DNA of 64,000 nt, from positions 12,462,001 through 12,526,000 of the forward strand of contig NC_043020.1 in NCBI RefSeq assembly GCF_006345805.1, read 5' to 3'. Shown here in pieces: positions 23,241-34,596 of this stretch; the stretch's first letter is position 1, and each line of letters begins with the position of its first letter. The notes beneath the pieces were generated by a model, which saw nothing but the letters and a program-made list of their open reading frames with translations, was not told where the DNA came from and did not search any database. This DNA is from Octopus sinensis (taxonomy: Eukaryota). The translations under genes and the position numbers were made by a program.

Positions 23241-26200
23241 AAATAGTTTCACTTATATTCTTTCATTTCTCATAAAACTATAGTTTCATTCTATTCTTTC
23301 ATTTCTCATAAAACTATAGTTTCATTCTATTCTTTCATTTCTCATAAAACTATAGTTTCATTCTATTCTTTCATTTCTCATAAGACTATAGTTTCATTCT
23401 ATTCTTTCATTTCTCATAAAACTATAGTTTCATTCTATTCTTTCACTTCTCATAAAACTATAGTTTCATTCTATTCTTTCACTTCTCATAAAACTATAGT
23501 TTCATTCTATTCTTTCATTTCTCATAAAACTATAGTTTCATTCTATTCTTTCACTTCTCATAAAACTATAGTTTCATTCTATTCTTTCATTTCTCATAAA
23601 ACTATAGTTTCATTCTATTCTTTCACTTCTCATAAAACTATAGTTTCATTCTATTCTTTCACTTCTCATAAAACTATAGTTTCATTCTATTCTTTCACTT
23701 CTCATAAAACTATAGTTTCATTCTATTCTTTCACTTCTCATAAAACTATAGTTTCATTCTATTCTTTCACTTCTCATAAAACTATAGTTTCATTCTATTC
23801 TTTCATTTCTCATAAAACTATAGTTTCATTCTATTCTTCTTTCATTTCTCATAAAACTATAGTTTCATTCTATTCTTTCATTTCTCATAAAACTATAGTT
23901 TCATTCTATTCTTTCACTTCTCATAAAACTATAGTTTCATTCTATTCTTTCACTTCTCATAAACATAGTTTCATTCTTATTCTTTCATTTCTCATAAAAC
24001 TATAGTTTCATTCTATTTTTCCTTCTCATAAAACTATAGTTTCATTCTATTCTTTCACTTCTCATAAAACTATAGTTTCATTCTATTCTTTCACTTCTCA
24101 TAAAACTATAGTTTCATTCTATTCTTTCATTTCATTCTCATAAAACTACTATAGTTTCATTCTATTCTTTCATTTCTCATAAAACTATAGTTCATTCTAT
24201 TCTTTCATTTCTCAATAAAACTGTAGTTTCATTCTATTCTTTCACTTCTCATAAAACTATAGTTCATTCTATTCTTTCACTTTTCATAAAACTATAGTTT
24301 CATTCTATTCTTTCATTCTCATAAAACTATAGTTTCATTCTATTCTTTCATTTCTCATAAAACTGTAGTTTCATTCTATTCTTTCACTTCTCATAAAACT
24401 ATAGTTTCATTCTATTCTTTCACTTCTCATAAAACTATAGTTTCATTCTATTCTTTCACTTCTCATAAAACTATAGTTTCATTCTATTCTTTCACTTCTC
24501 ATAAAACTATAGTTTCATTCTATTCTTTCACTTCTCTCATAAAACTATAGTTACATTCTATTCTTTCACTTCTCATAAAACTATAGTTTCATTCTATATT
24601 CTTTCATTTCTCATAAAACTATAGTTTCATTCTATTCTTTCACTTCTCATAAAACTATAGTTTCATTCTATTCTTTCATTTCTCATAAAACTATAGTTTC
24701 ATTCTATTCTTTCACTTCTCATAAAACTATAGTTTCATTCTATCTTTTCATTTCTCATAAAACTATAGTTTCATTCTATTCTTTCACTTCTCATAAAACT
24801 ATAGTTCCATTCTATTGTTTCACTTCTCATAAAACTATAGTTTCATTCTATTCTTTCATTCTCATCATAAAACTATAGTTTCATTCTATTCTTTCATTTC
24901 TCATAAAACTATAGTTTCATTCTATTCTTTCATTTCTTATAAAACTATAGTTTCATTCTATTCTTTCATTTCTCATAAAACTATAGTTTCATTCTATTCT
25001 TCATTTCTCATAAAACTATAGTTTCATTCTATTCTTTCATTTCTCATAAAACTATAGTTTCATTCTATTCTTTCACTTCTCATAAAACTATAGTTTCATT
25101 CTATTCTTTCATTTCTCATAAAACTATAGTTTCATTCTTCTATTCTTTCATTTCTCATAAAACTATAGTTTCATTCTATTCTTTCATTTCTCATAAAACT
25201 ATAGTTTCATTCTATTCTTTCATTTCTCATAAAACTATAGTTTCATTCTATTCTTTCATTTCTCATAAAACTATAGTTTCATTCTATTCTTTCATTTCTC
25301 ATAAAACTATAGTTTCATTCTATTCTTTCACTTCTCATAAAACTATAGTTTCATTCTATTCTTTCATTTCTCATAAAACTATAGTTTCATTCTATTCTTT
25401 CACTTTTCATAAAACTATAGTTTCATTCTATTCTTTCATTTCTCATAAAACTATAGTTTCATTCTATTCTTTCACTTTTCATAAAACTATAGTTTCATTC
25501 TATTCTTTCATTTCTCATAAAACTATAGTTTCATTCTATTCTTTCACTTCTCATAAAACTATAGTTTCATTCTATTCTTTCATTTCTCATAAAACTATAG
25601 TTTCATTCTATTCTTTCACTTCTCATAAAACTATAGTTTCATTCTATTCTTTCATTTCTCATAAAACTATAGTTCCATTCTATTCTTTCACTTCTCATAA
25701 AACTATAGTTTCATTCTATTCTTTCATTTCTCATAAAACTATAGTTTCATTCTATTCTTTCATTTCTCATAAAACTATAGTTTCATTCTATTCTTTCATT
25801 TCTCATAAAACTATAGTTTCATTCTATTCTTTCATTTCTCATAAAACTATAGTTTCATTCTATTCTTTCATTTCTCATAAAACTATAGTTTCATTCTATT
25901 CTTTCATTTCTCATAAAACTATAGTTTCATTCTATTCTTTCACTTTTCATAAAACTATAGTTTCATTCTATCTTTCATTTCTCATAAAACTATAGTTTCA
26001 TTCTATTCTTTCATTTCTCATAAAACTATAGTTTCATTCTATTCTTTCAATTCTCATAAAACTATAGTTTCATTCTATTCTTTCACTTCTCATAAAACTA
26101 TAGTTTCATTCTATTCTTTCATTTCTCATAAAACTATAGTTTCATTCTATTCTTTCATTTCTCATAAAACTATAGTTTCATTCTATTCTTTCACTTCTCA

Positions 26201-28445
26201 TAAAACTACAGTTTCATTCTATTCTTTCATTTCTCATAAAACTATAGTTTCATTCTATTCTTTCTTCTCATAAAACTATAGTTTCATTCTATTCTTTCAT
26301 TTCTCATAAAACTATAGTTTCATTCTATTCTTTCATTTCTCATAAAACTATAGTTTCATTCTATTCTTTCACTTCTCATAAAACTATAGTTTCATTCTAT
26401 TCTTTCATTTCTCATAAAACTATAGTTTCATTCTATTCTTTCATTTCTCATAAAACTATAGTTTCATTCTATTCTTTCATTTCTCATAAAACTATAGTTT
26501 CATTCTATTCTTTCACTCTCATAAAACTATAGTTTCATTCTATTCTTTCATTTCTCATAAAACTATAGTTTCATTCTATTCTTTCATTTCTCATAAAACT
26601 ATAGTTTCATTCTATTCTTTCACTTCTCATAAAACTATAGTTTCATTCTATTCTTTCATTCTCATAAAACTATAGTTTCATTCTATTCTTTCATTTTCAT
26701 AAAACTATAGTTTCATTCTATTCTTTCATTTCTCATAAAACTATAGTTTCATTCTATTCTTTCATTTCTCATAAAACTATAGTTTCATTCTATTCTTTCA
26801 CTTCTCATAAAACTATAGTTTCATTCTATTCTTTCATTTCTCATAAAACTATAGTTTCATTCTATTCTTTCATTTCTCATAAAACTATAGTTTCATTCTA
26901 TTCTTTCACTTCTCATAAAACTATAGTTTCATTCTATTCTTTCATTTCTCATAAAACTATAGTTTCATTCTATTCTTTCATTTCTCATAAAACTATAGTT
27001 TCATTCTATTCTTTCATTTCTCATAAAACTATAGTTTCATTCTATTCTTTCATTTCTCATAAAACTATAGTTTCATTCTATTCTTTCACTTCTCATAAAA
27101 CTATAGTTTCATTCTATTCTTTCATTCTCATAAAACTATAGTTTCATTCTATTCTTTCATTTCTCATAAAACTATAGTTTCATTCTATTCTTTCATTTCT
27201 CATAAAACTATAGTTTCATTCTATTCTTTCACTTCTCATAAAACTATAGTTTCATTCTATTCTTTCATTTCTCATAAAACTATAGTTTCATTCTATTTTT
27301 CATTTCTCATAAAACTATAGTTTCATTCTATTCTTTCATTTCTCATAAAACTATAGTTTCATTCTATTCTTTCATTTCTCATAAAACTATAGTTTCATTC
27401 TATTCTTTCATTTCTCATAAAACTATAGTTTCATTCTATTCTTTCATTTCTCATAAAACTATAGTTTCATTCTATTCTTTCATTTCTCATAAAACTATAG
27501 TTTCATTCTATTCTTTCATTTCTCATAAAACTATAGTTTCATTCTATTCTTTCATTTCTCATAAAACTATAGTTTCATTCTATTCTTTCACTTCTCATAT
27601 AACTATAGTTTCATTCTATTCTTTCATTTCTCATAAAACTATAGTTTCATTCTATTCTTTCATTTCTCATAAAACTATAGTTTCATTCTATTCTTTCATT
27701 TCTCATAAAACTATAGTTTCATTCTATTCTTTCATTTCTCATAAAACTATAGTTTCATTCTATTCTTTCATTTCTCCTAAAACTATAGTTTCATTCTATT
27801 CTTTCATTTCTCATAAAACTATAGTTTCATTCTATTCTTTCATTTCTCATAAAACTATAGTTTCATTCTATTCTTTCATTTCTCATAAAACTATAGTTTC
27901 ATTCTATCTTTCACTTCTCATAAAACTATAGTTTCATTCTATTCTTTCATTTCTCATAAAACTATAGTTTCATTCTATTCTTTCATTTCTCATAAAACTA
28001 TAGTTTCATTCTATTCTTTCATTTCTCATAAAACTATAGTTTCATTCTATTCTTTCATTTCTCATAAAACTATAGTTTCATTCTATTCTTTCATTTCTCA
28101 TAAAACTATAGTTTCATTCTATTCTTTCATTTCTCATAAAACTATAGTTTCATTCTATTCTTTCATTTCTCATAAAACTATAGTTTCATTCTATTCTTTC
28201 ATTTCTCATAAAACTATAGTTTCATTCTATTCTTTCATTTCTCATAAAACTATAGTTTCATTCTATTCTTTCATTTCTCATAAAACTATAGTTTCATTCT
28301 ATTCTTTCACTTTTCATAAAACTATAGTTTCATTCTATTCTTTCACTTTTCATAAAACTATAGTTTCATTCTATTCTTTCACTTTTCATAAAACTATAAT
28401 ATTGTTTCGCTTTTATTCTTTCACTTTTCATAAAACTATAATATT
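23241..28445. repeat. 36-bp satellite array, about 140-145 units
   Basis: Unit tttctcataaaactatagtttcattctattctttca with a T/C variant; period of 36 measured directly. Confidence 0.97.
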
Positions 28446-28602
28446 GTTTCACTTTTCTACTTTCACTGATTGCTTCACTCGTATTCTTACTGTCTGTGTG
28501 TATGTGTGTGTGTGTTTCCTCTATGCATGGCTAAACCGCTGGATAAATTTGAACCAAATTTGGCGGTCTGGAAATTACGTCGGTTTTGTTTTATCGTTTT
28601 AT

Positions 28603-29091
28603 GGTAAAAGAAGCTCTGTGGTGGCACCGTCTGAAAGGTTTGAAGACTGACATTTTCCTATCTGATCGAGCTCTCATCAACTTTTTAAAATATTCTTTGA
28701 GGAAGAATGTGAGAGCAGAGAAGGAGGTGGTGCTTTGAAAAGTGGGTGGGAGCGGTAAGAATGGTGATGCTGCACCGACCTACTCTGAGAATGCTTTTCT
28801 AATATGAAGAAAAGAAACTGGATAATGACGCTTCCCTTGGTAGAATAAAGGGCTTTTCGTTTTGGACTTTTCTTGAATTACCCTAAGAGGACCACCCTGC
28901 TATTGGCCAGTCTGTTTATTAATTACTTGTTTTCCTAATTTTCCTTCTTGTATCCTTTTGTTATATTCTTAATGTGCCTCCTCTTGATCGATGCAAACCT
29001 CACCTGTTTTGCATTGCATCTCGTCCTTTGATATTGTCCTTCCACGTTTTGAGTCCTTGTGGCCAATAAAAGAAAGCTTAATGATCATCAC

Positions 29092-29140
<49 letters not shown>
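28603..29140 (+). mobile_element. 3' remnant of an L1/Tx1-like LINE ending in aataaa and a (CAT)n tail (also 50583-51120)
   Basis: VKEALWWHRLKGLKTDIFLSDRALINFLKYSLRKNVRAEK resembles an L1/Tx1 ORF2 C-terminus (from recall); ccaataaa near 29063 then (CAT)n. Confidence 0.5.
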
Positions 29141-29348
29141 TTTGTTTACATAATTTTTACATAAATGCTTCTTCTGCTTTTGCAGGGAAGGGGTAAAAGC
29201 CAGACACACAGACAGACACACGCACGTGAAGAGCGGTGATATAAAAATCAAGTATATATACACACTGACCTGATTAAAACAAGAAATTACATAAGAAATA
29301 GTAAACTGTTAATTAAAAAAAAAAAGTCAATCTTCGATATTTGCTGAG

Positions 29349-29522
29349 ATGGAAAGCAATTTACATGAAAATGGCTTGAAGAGGCAAGACCACGAGGAAG
29401 TGAAATTACATAACATGAAACCTGTTGATAGTAACTTGAACGACAATAATTCAGAGAAAATTTACGAGAGAGACAATTTATTTGCCGATGCTCATCATGA
29501 ACAAGAACAACAACAACGTTAA
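29349..29522 (+). CDS. 57-codon ORF: probable frameshifted SLCO N-terminus, or a uORF
   Basis: gagATGG context; MESNLHENGLKRQDHEEVKL...HHEQEQQQR*; its TAA overlaps the next ATG (TAATG); candidate acceptor ttctgcttttgcag ends at 29185. Confidence 0.55.
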   Translation: MESNLHENGLKRQDHEEVKLHNMKPVDSNLNDNNSEKIYERDNLFADAHHEQEQQQR

Positions 29523-30194
29523 TGAATACTGATATGAAATCAATGGAAGCAGACGACGACACAAATGGAGAAAATACATGTTGTTTTATATGGAAGTATA
29601 TAACGTTTAATCGGGGGTTAAACATTGCAACGTTCACAAATTTAGGGGCTCTTACCAATTTTATGACATATTCGGTGCCTAGTTATATTTCATCGCAGGT
29701 AAGCTCTTTAGAGAAACAGTTCGGATTGTCCAGTGCTGAGTTTGGATTTATTAACAGTGCCAATGATATTGGTTTTTTGCTTGTCGTTCTTCTAGCTAGT
29801 CATTTCGGAAGAGATGCGCACATACCCAAACTGTTCTCTGTCTTAACATTATTTGTAGGTGTCACTGTCGGTTGCATGAGCTTAACTTACCTCTTACGTC
29901 CAATCAGTTATTTAGAACTGTTGGAAAATTCAGCTTCACTGAACGGCACCATTGGAAATAACTCTGTAAACGTTACAGCGGCAACGGCAAACATATACCT
30001 GTGTTCTGATGGCAAGTCACGTATTGTTGAAGAGGCGAACTGTGCGAGTAATCAGGTAAAGAGTCACTCGGCATATTTCTTGTTTGTCTTCTTCATGATA
30101 GCACTAGGTATATGCAAAGGCCCAAGATCATCCCTTTTCCCAACCTACATTGATAACAATGTGCCTGAAAAACATCACTCTGCTATCTTTATCG
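29522..30194 (+). CDS. SLCO: First coding exon (TM1-TM4) of an organic anion transporting polypeptide (OATP/SLCO family)
   Basis: LEKQFGLSS..G.I.S.NDIG.LLVV..SHFG..HIPK and G....P.....TYIDNN....SAIFIG match OATP motifs (OATP1B1: IERRFEISS..FEIGNLL..SYFG..HRPK; GIGETP..LG.SYIDD..SSLYLG); Cys pair and NxS/T sites in the loop; ends at a phase-1 donor G|gtaagt. Confidence 0.92.
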
Positions 30195-30389
30195 GTAAGT
30201 AAAACCTTGTTTCGTTTCTCATACGTTTGACATATACCTATATGATCCCCACCTCTCTCTCTCTCTCTCTCTCGATATATATATATATATATATATAATA
30301 TTATTAGAGACAAAACCACTATTTTGCAAAACAAACAAGGAAAGACTTAATCAATACATAAAATTTTAATAAAAAGTCAAAAAAAAACG

Positions 30390-30432
30390 CCACTACAATT
30401 GTTTCTTGTCTTGATCGACAATCTTCAGGTGG
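30390..30432 (-). ncRNA. Minimal type I hammerhead ribozyme fold (activity untested)
   Basis: CCAC CUGAAGA UUGUC gaucaa GACAA GAAA C aauu G UA / GUGG: intact core, 4-bp stem I, 5-bp stem II, palindromic stem III. Confidence 0.65.
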
Positions 30433-30464
30433 ACTTCCAATAAGTCAGTTTCAAATTATATATA

Positions 30465-30659
30465 TCAAAATAAGCAACAAGAATGACTCCGGTAATTTGG
30501 TACGATCGCTTCGTACTTCATCATTTTATTAAATGTTGTAAGTATTACAGCAGTTTTAAAATGCTGACCACTGTTGTAATACTTGCAACATTTAATAAAA
30601 TGATGTAGTACGAAACGATCGTACCAAATTACCGGAGTCATTCTTGTTCCTTATTTTGA
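30465..30659. mobile_element. 195-bp foldback MITE with TA-rich flanks (also 52445-52639)
   Basis: Arms of about 90 bp, 15-nt loop at 30555-30569. Confidence 0.88.
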
Positions 30660-30762
30660 CTATAATCACCCCACGGATTTTTATGGATAACACCATACAG
30701 AATTCTGGTGCATCTAAATTAAGTACCATATTCATTTGAATCTAAATTTTTGCTGAACTTAC

Positions 30763-30828
<66 letters not shown>

Positions 30829-30854
30829 ATACAGTGTACATTTAAACACATTAA

Positions 30855-30973
30855 AGATGGCCACAACAGGACATCTGACACGCTAGAAGGAGTAATTAAA
30901 CTCCAAACCATTACCAATGGTTTGGAGTTTAACTACTCCTTCTAGCGGGTCAAATGTCCTGTTATAGCCATCT
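30855..30973. repeat. 119-bp hairpin (also 52835-52953)
   Basis: 58-nt arms, loop acc (30913-30915), about 6 mismatches. Confidence 0.88.
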
Positions 30974-31146
30974 CTAATGTGTCACAGCCTCGATAAAGTT
31001 TTATTATCTCCTTGTAGAAGTTTCGACATGACAACTGTATTCCCTTCTTCAACAGCCTTGTTTGTAGGATTAATGATGGCTCTGCTGTGCATCCATACTC
31101 CCTCTATATATTTCTCATCAATACCCCCCGAAGACTAGGAAGTACT

Positions 31147-31530
31147 GGAAGCACTCCGTCGTTTACGACGATGAGGGTTCCGGTTGATCCGAATCAACGG
31201 AACAGCCTGCTCGTGAAATTAACGTGTAAGTGGCTGAGCACTCCACAGACACGTGTATCCTTAACGTAGTTCTCGGGGATATTCAGCGTGACACAGAGAG
31301 TGACAAGGCCGGCCCTATGAAATACAGGTACAACAGAAACAGGAAGTAAGAGTGAGAGAAAGTTGTGGTGAAAGAGTACAGCAGGGATCACCACCATCCC
31401 CTGCCGGAGCCTCGTGGAGCTTTAGGTGTTTTCGCTCAATAAACACTCACAACGCCCGGTCTGGGAATCGAAACCGCGATCCTATGACCGCGAGTCCGCT
31501 GCCCTAACCACTGGGCCATTGCGCCTCCAC
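31147..31530 (-). mobile_element. Full-length SINE family C with 10-bp TSD (also 53127-53509)
   Basis: Head gtggaggcgcaatggcccagtggttagg...gtttcgattccc; aggaagtact at 31137-31146 and 31532-31541. Confidence 0.88.
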
Positions 31531-31706
31531 AAGGAAGTACTAGGTATTTAAAAGTACTATTTAGGAAGTACTAGGTATTTAAAAAATGATAAGTCCTTGG
31601 GTCGATTTATTCGACTAAAACCCATCAAAGCGATGCTCCAGCATGGCCGCAATGAAATGAGGGGAAACAAGTTAAAATATGAAAGAGAAAATAAAACTTA
31701 AAAATC

Positions 31707-34186
31707 AACAAGAGCACTCAAAGAGCGCAAAACTCCGCCAAGGCAACACCAACATCCTCTCGACGATTAGCCAGAGATGATTTTTAAAATGTGACGTATA
31801 TTTGCCATTTAAATATGGCTAACCCCTAAGGGTGGATGCTACTGTAGTTTGTAGCCCCAGGAGGACACCTCTTCCAACTGGCTATAGACACACTTTCTGT
31901 GCCCTATCAGTATTTTGATAGGGCACAGAAGGTGTGCCTATAGCCAGCTGGAGGAGGTGTCCTCCTGGGCCTATACTGATAGAGCACAGAAAGTGTGTCT
32001 ATAGCCAGCTGGAGGAGGTGTCCTCCTGGGGCTATACTGATAGGGCACAGAAAGTGTGTCTATAGCCAGCTGGAGGAGGTGTCCTCCTGGGGCTATACTG
32101 ATAGGGCACAGAAAGTGTGTCTATAGCCAGCTGGAGGAGGTGTCCTCCTGGGGCTATACTGATAGGGCACAGAAAGTGTGTCTATAGCCAGCTGGAGGAG
32201 GTGTCCTCCTGGGGCTATACTGATAGGGCACAGAAAGTGTGTCTATAGCCAGCTGGAGGAGGTGTCCTCCTGGCGCTATACTGATAGGGCACAGAAAGTG
32301 TGTCTATACCAGCTGGAGGAGGTGTCCTCCTGGGGCTATACTGATAGGGCACAGAAAGTGTGTCTATAGCCAGCTGGAGGAGGTGTCCTCCTGGGGCTAT
32401 ACTGATAGGGCACAGAAAGTGTGTCTATAGCCAGCTGGAGGAGGTGTCCTCCTGGGGCTATACTGATAGGGCACAGAAAGTGTGTCTATAGCCAGCTGGA
32501 GGAGGTGTCCTCCTGGGGCTATACTGATAGGGCACAGAAAGTGTGTCTATAGCCAGCTGGAGGAGGTGTCCTCCTGGGGCTATACTGATAGGGCACAGAA
32601 AGTGTGTCTATAGTCAGCTGGAGGAGGTGTCCTCCTGGGGCTATACTGATAGGGCACAGAAAGTGTGTCTATAGCCAGCTGGAGGAGGTGTCCTCCTGGG
32701 GCTATACTGATAGGGCACAGAAAGTGTGTCTATAGCCAGCTGGAGGTGTCCTCCTGGGGCTATACTGATAGGGCACAGAAAGTGTGTCTATAGTCAGCTG
32801 GAGGAGGTGTCCTCCTGGGGCTATACTGATAGGGCACAGAAAGTGTGTCTATAGCCAGCTGGAGGAGGTGTCCTCCTGGCGCTATACTGATAGGGCACAG
32901 AAAGTGTGTCTATAGCCAGCTGGAGGAGGTGTCCTCCTGGGGCTATACTGATAGGGCACAGAAAGTGTGTCTATAGCCAGCTGGAGGAGGTGTCCTCCTG
33001 GGGCTATACTGATAGGGCACAGAAAGTGTGTCTATAGCCAGCTGGAGGAGGTGTCCTCCTGGGCCTATACTGATAGGGCACAGAAAGTGTGTCTATAGCC
33101 AGCTGGAGGAGGTGTCCTCCTGGGGCTATACTGATAGGGCACAGAAAGTGTGTCTATAGCCAGCTGGAGGAGGTGTCCTCCTGGGGCTATACTGATAGGG
33201 CACAGAAAGTGTGTCTATAGCCAGCTGGAGGAGGTGTCCTCCTGGGGCTATACTGATAGGGCACAGAAAGTGTGTCTATAGTCAGCTGGAGGAGGTGTCC
33301 TCCTGGGGCTATACTGATAGGGCACAGAAAGTGTGTCTATAGCCAGCTGGAGGAGGTGTCCTCCTGGGGCTATACTGATAGGGCACAGAAAGTGTGTCTA
33401 TAGCCAGCTGGAGGTGTCCTCCTGGGGCTATACTGATAGGGCACAGAAAGTGTGTCTATAGTCAGCTGGAGGAGGTGTCCTCCTGGGGCTATACTGATAG
33501 GGCACAGAAAGTGTGTGTCTATAGCCAGCTGGAGGAGGTGTCCTCCTGGCGCTATACTGATAGGGCACAGAAAGTGTGTCTATAGCCAGCTGGAGGAGGT
33601 GTCCTCCTGGGGCTATACTGATAGGGCACAGAAAGTGTGTCTATAGCCAGCTGGAGGAGGTGTCCTCCTGGGGCTATACTGATAGGGCACAGAAAGTGTG
33701 TCTATAGCCAGCTGGAGGAGGTGTCCTCCTGGGGCTATACTGATAGGGCACAGAAAGTGTGTCTATAGCCAGCTGGAGGAGGTGTCCTCCTGGGGCTACA
33801 AACTACAGTAGCATCCACCCTTAGGGATTATGGCAAATATACGTCACGATGTGTTGTAGCTACTGTTTATAACTCGCTCTGAGATTTATTATTTTTAAAA
33901 TGATAATATCCGAAATAAACTCGACTGCTCTCAGAAACGAGAAGACAAATAATGAACCCGCCCACTCGCAAAAATTGAGTTTAAAAAAACAAAACAATAA
34001 TACAAAATCGTTGTCCGATAGTGGATCGATCCCAAATTCTAATCAGTTCGTGTCAGTCACAGGGCCAAACATCCCTGAAAGTTTCATCCGAATCCATCCA
34101 GCGGTTCTTGAGATATCTCGTCCACGGACGAACAAATAGAAACGACTAAAATCAATAATTCCGCTTCGATAGGGCGGAGGGAATAA
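31707..34186 (+). mobile_element. Helentron-type non-autonomous element (HINE/DINE-1-like) carrying a foldback and a 61-bp array
   Basis: Starts AACAAG + stem-loop gcactc-aaa-gagcgc + subTIR ctccgcc (31733-31739); ends with the partner ggcggag (34173-34179) inside the hairpin tccgc..gcgga, then gggaataa. Confidence 0.7.
31917..33797. repeat. 61-bp GC-rich satellite, about 30 units
   Basis: Unit ctatagccagctggaggaggtgtcctcctggggctatactgatagggcacagaaagtgtgt; period 61. Confidence 0.97.
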
Positions 34187-34409
34187 TTGTTAACTGTGCT
34201 GATACCCACTGATTGCTCATTTTACCTGCTTTTCCGTTGTATAAAACATTTTTTCTCAGAAATCTACTTTCTTTATAAAAACACTGATATTCATATAAAT
34301 TGAAAGTGCATTTTCACAAACCCCACTCCTTCAATTGTCGTATTGCAACACGGCTAACAAGTAAAAGGAATTATTTTTCACCCGGACGCTATCCACTGAG
34401 GTAGATGCC

Positions 34410-34596
34410 TATTTCTTTACTACCCACAAGGGGCTAAACATAGAGGGGACAAACAAGGATAGACAAACGGATTAAGTCGGTTATATCGACCCCAGTGCGA
34501 AACTGGTACTTAATTTATCGACCCCGAAAGGATGAAAGGCAAAGTCGACCTCGGCGGAATTTGAGCTCAGAACGCAACGGCACGAAATACTGCTAA
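34410..34596 (-). mobile_element. 5'-truncated SINE family A with 9-bp TSD; tandemly doubled in copy B (56392-56776)
   Basis: gtagat(g/a)cc at 34401-34409 and 34597-34605; three such repeats in B at 56383, 56581 and 56777. Confidence 0.85.

Noticed and set aside
23241-28445. 36-bp palindromic repeat resembling a CRISPR direct repeat in length
   Set aside because: Units are contiguous with no spacers, there are no cas genes, and the context is eukaryotic
29078-29263. Poly-Asp ORF on the minus strand
   Set aside because: Reverse translation of the (CAT)n tail
31455-31530. tRNA gene-like sequence (also 19105-19181 and 8854-8930)
   Set aside because: These are SINE heads: no proper acceptor stem or cloverleaf, they continue into SINE bodies, and two of the three are bounded by TSDs
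32178-33646. Repeated ORFs MSIASWRRCPPGAILIGHRKC in the 61-bp array (also 53913-55624)
   Set aside because: The period of 61 is not a multiple of 3; frames close every few units; by-product of the satellite
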